DNA of 63,993 nucleotides, the filler included, from Phoronis australis (Eukaryota; Animalia; Phoronida): assembly GCA_002633005.1 (NCBI GenBank). It is 6 parts of 6 records of this genome, joined end to end, with 100 filler letters (N's around TTAATTAATTAA, not from the genome) between each part and the next. Parts side by side here need not be neighbours in the genome. Positions count along the whole stretch, not along the records: positions 62,879 to 63,993 come from NMRA01002079.1; 5 more parts are not named here. One strand, given 5' to 3'. Position numbers and translations under genes: made by a program. The stretch's first letter is position 1. Each line of letters starts with the position of its first letter. Shown here piece after piece: positions 62,779 to 63,993 of the stretch. The notes below the pieces were generated by a model that worked only from the letters and a program-made list of their open reading frames with translations, did not search any database and had not been told where the DNA came from.

Positions 62779-62878
62779 NNNNNNNNNNNNNNNNNNNNNN
62801 NNNNNNNNNNNNNNNNNNNNNNTTAATTAATTAANNNNNNNNNNNNNNNNNNNNNNNNNNNNNNNNNNNNNNNNNNNN

Positions 62879-63993
62879 CACTTCTCGGTTAAGCGCCCAT
62901 CCCCGACTTTTAAAGAATGAAGATTTAGCGCCCAGTGCTAAGGAAACGCATGATTCCCCGACTTTTAGAAAAAGATCGATGGTGACAATGAGCGCAACGA
63001 CGCCGGGCCTCCGAGAAGGTGGTTTAGCAATGTGAATTGCAATTATACAAGTAACGAGTTATTGTCTTGGGTCATGGACTCACTTCAAAATATAATACTT
63101 GAACGTTTTTGTCACTTTATTTTCTTCCCATGTTTGCAAACTTTAAGAACGCCGCCGGCGTCAAAACCTCCGCCTTCAGCGACTTTGTCTGCCGCGCTGA
63201 GTTTTCGTCTGCAGTGCACTTGATAAAACATATATTCGAAAAAATCAGGCCACAGAAATGAGACAATGGTTAAAAGTATATAGTCACGCCCGTTTCTGTT
63301 ACTTAGGACTGTCGCTATTCTCTTTTGATGTGTGACTTTGTAGTGGTGCACGCGCGCAAGCTACCACACTTTGGAGTGCATGTTACCTTGACACCAACAT
63401 GTGATTGACAGGTGACTCGCACGTAGGCCCTTGGCGCGTGCTGAATCCCGCCTTATCTTTGGCCATAAAAAACGAGATGCATATCGAAAGAGGCCGTTAT
63501 ATGACTTGACGGCATTTCCAAGTCACGATTTGTCAGCCGACTGAGACATTGCGCGCTAACAATGGGACCGAACAGTGCCGCAGTGCGATATTGCAAGTGA
63601 TATAAATAGGATAATCTGGACATCTTGCATGAAAAATAAATGTTTTTCCAACACGAAGTTTGGTAAGGTGATCATTTATGAATTGAAACATCGCTGTTTT
63701 GTAGCGTTTTATCACATATTTATGCCGTAGCTCGAAATTCTATTCTTGATTGACGAATGGCACACGGCCGCTTAACCCCAATTCTTGTCTTGGGCCTACT
63801 TCTTTGCCGAGCATGTTTGGCGCAACGGCAAGTGAGCAATGCCGGGCAGTCGAGATAAAACAGCAAGCCACAGAACCATACGCTAAAGATGTCATTGAGT
63901 CACGGAGTGTTGACTATAAACATCCCAAACACAAAAAACATCTGAATTAAGGTTTTCAAACTTTTATTACAACCAATTTTAAAACTGCTCTCT
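62879..63993 (+). mobile_element. Third, internally deleted copy of the 43.2-46.3 kb DNA transposon family
   Basis: Matches 43356-43740, then jumps to about 44680-45050 and about 45580-45750. Confidence 0.88.

Overview
This is AT-rich, intron-containing eukaryotic DNA, most consistent with a marine invertebrate bilaterian (inference); there are no prokaryotic features or CRISPR arrays. Five 100-nt spacers (N-run + TTAATTAATTAA + N-run) join separate contigs, so adjacency across them is not reliable. 1-9.7 kb: a nested transposon graveyard, with a spliced Merlin/ISXO2-type transposase remnant and several decayed Gypsy elements whose integrase ends in a PHD finger, followed by a splice-acceptor-like site and an extra ORF. 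12-14.3 kb: three TTC4 exons, including a U12-type AT-AC intron. 17.7-32.9 kb: two tandem paralogous CARD + coiled-coil genes, the second with an in-frame stop, interleaved with repeat arrays carrying CTCF-like motifs about every 145 bp. 35.9-46.7 kb: seven NAT10 exons on the minus strand, with introns full of minisatellites, foldback MITEs and a complete 3-kb TA-flanked DNA transposon. 47-64 kb: SINEs, Kolobok-like elements (one with a decayed THAP domain), MITEs and one SUEL/rhamnose-binding lectin exon. All exon boundaries were read by eye, and family assignments rest on remembered motifs, not database searches.
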